A model generated the notes under the pieces. That model did not search any database. It had not been told where the DNA came from and saw nothing but the letters and a program-made list of their open reading frames with translations. From Gammaproteobacteria bacterium (GTDB taxonomy: Bacteria > Pseudomonadota > Gammaproteobacteria > JABABF01): 64,000 nt of DNA. Below, one piece after another: positions 63,934 through 64,000 of this stretch (within the stretch, counting starts at the first letter, position 1; each line of letters starts with the position of its first letter). The stretch is taken from positions 1,024,001 to 1,088,000 of the forward strand of contig OZ250153.1 in the NCBI GenBank assembly GCA_965237805.1, given 5' to 3'. The position numbers were made by a program, and so were the translations under genes.

Positions 63934-64000
63934 ATGACGGCGACAGAGCAGGGCGCGGCGTTGCCGGTATTGGCAGTGGTCAACCAGAAAGGCGGTGTCG
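63934..64000 (+). CDS. parA: ParA/Soj ATPase (5' fragment, runs off window)
   Basis: MTATEQGAALPVLAVVNQKGGV.. deviant Walker A; follows rsmG. Confidence 0.85.
   Translation, partial: MTATEQGAALPVLAVVNQKGGV

Overview
High-GC gammaproteobacterial chromosome segment spanning the replication origin. It is almost entirely housekeeping, with Pseudomonadales/Cellvibrionales-like gene order. Contents in order: partial thiolase-like gene, acuI, MAPEG, acs, FMN reductase, dsbA-cyt c4-cyt c5-zapE, Nif3-like, hisCDG-murA-rhombosortase-mlaC, yrbG-kdsD-kdsC-lptC/A-lptB-rapZ-mgtE, yhdP, gatCAB, a PfkB kinase, tRNA-Met, rsmJ-aroB-aroK-pilQ-pilO-pilM/N, ponA, dprA, a VOC pseudogene, def-fmt-rsmB-trkAH, glyQS, plsC, gyrB-recF-dnaN-dnaA, rpmH-rnpA-yidD-yidC-mnmE, oriC, mnmG-rsmG-parA'. 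I found no mobile element, prophage or CRISPR array. The unusual signal is how conserved operons are remodelled. (i) Three apparent gene fusions: an LptC-LptA single chain with a 65-aa tandem duplication, PilM-PilN, and GlyQ-GlyS. (ii) Clean local absences: mreBCD-maf-rng, rpoN-hpf-ptsN/npr, mlaFED/B, pilP and gmhB. (iii) Apparent depletion of CCWGG with excess CCAAG/CTTGG, suggesting unrepaired 5mC deamination. (iv) An oriC with a DnaA-box + GC + DnaA-trio module and non-canonical boxes. A streamlined, possibly host-associated lineage is an inference only. All product calls come from manual motif recognition; no searches were run.
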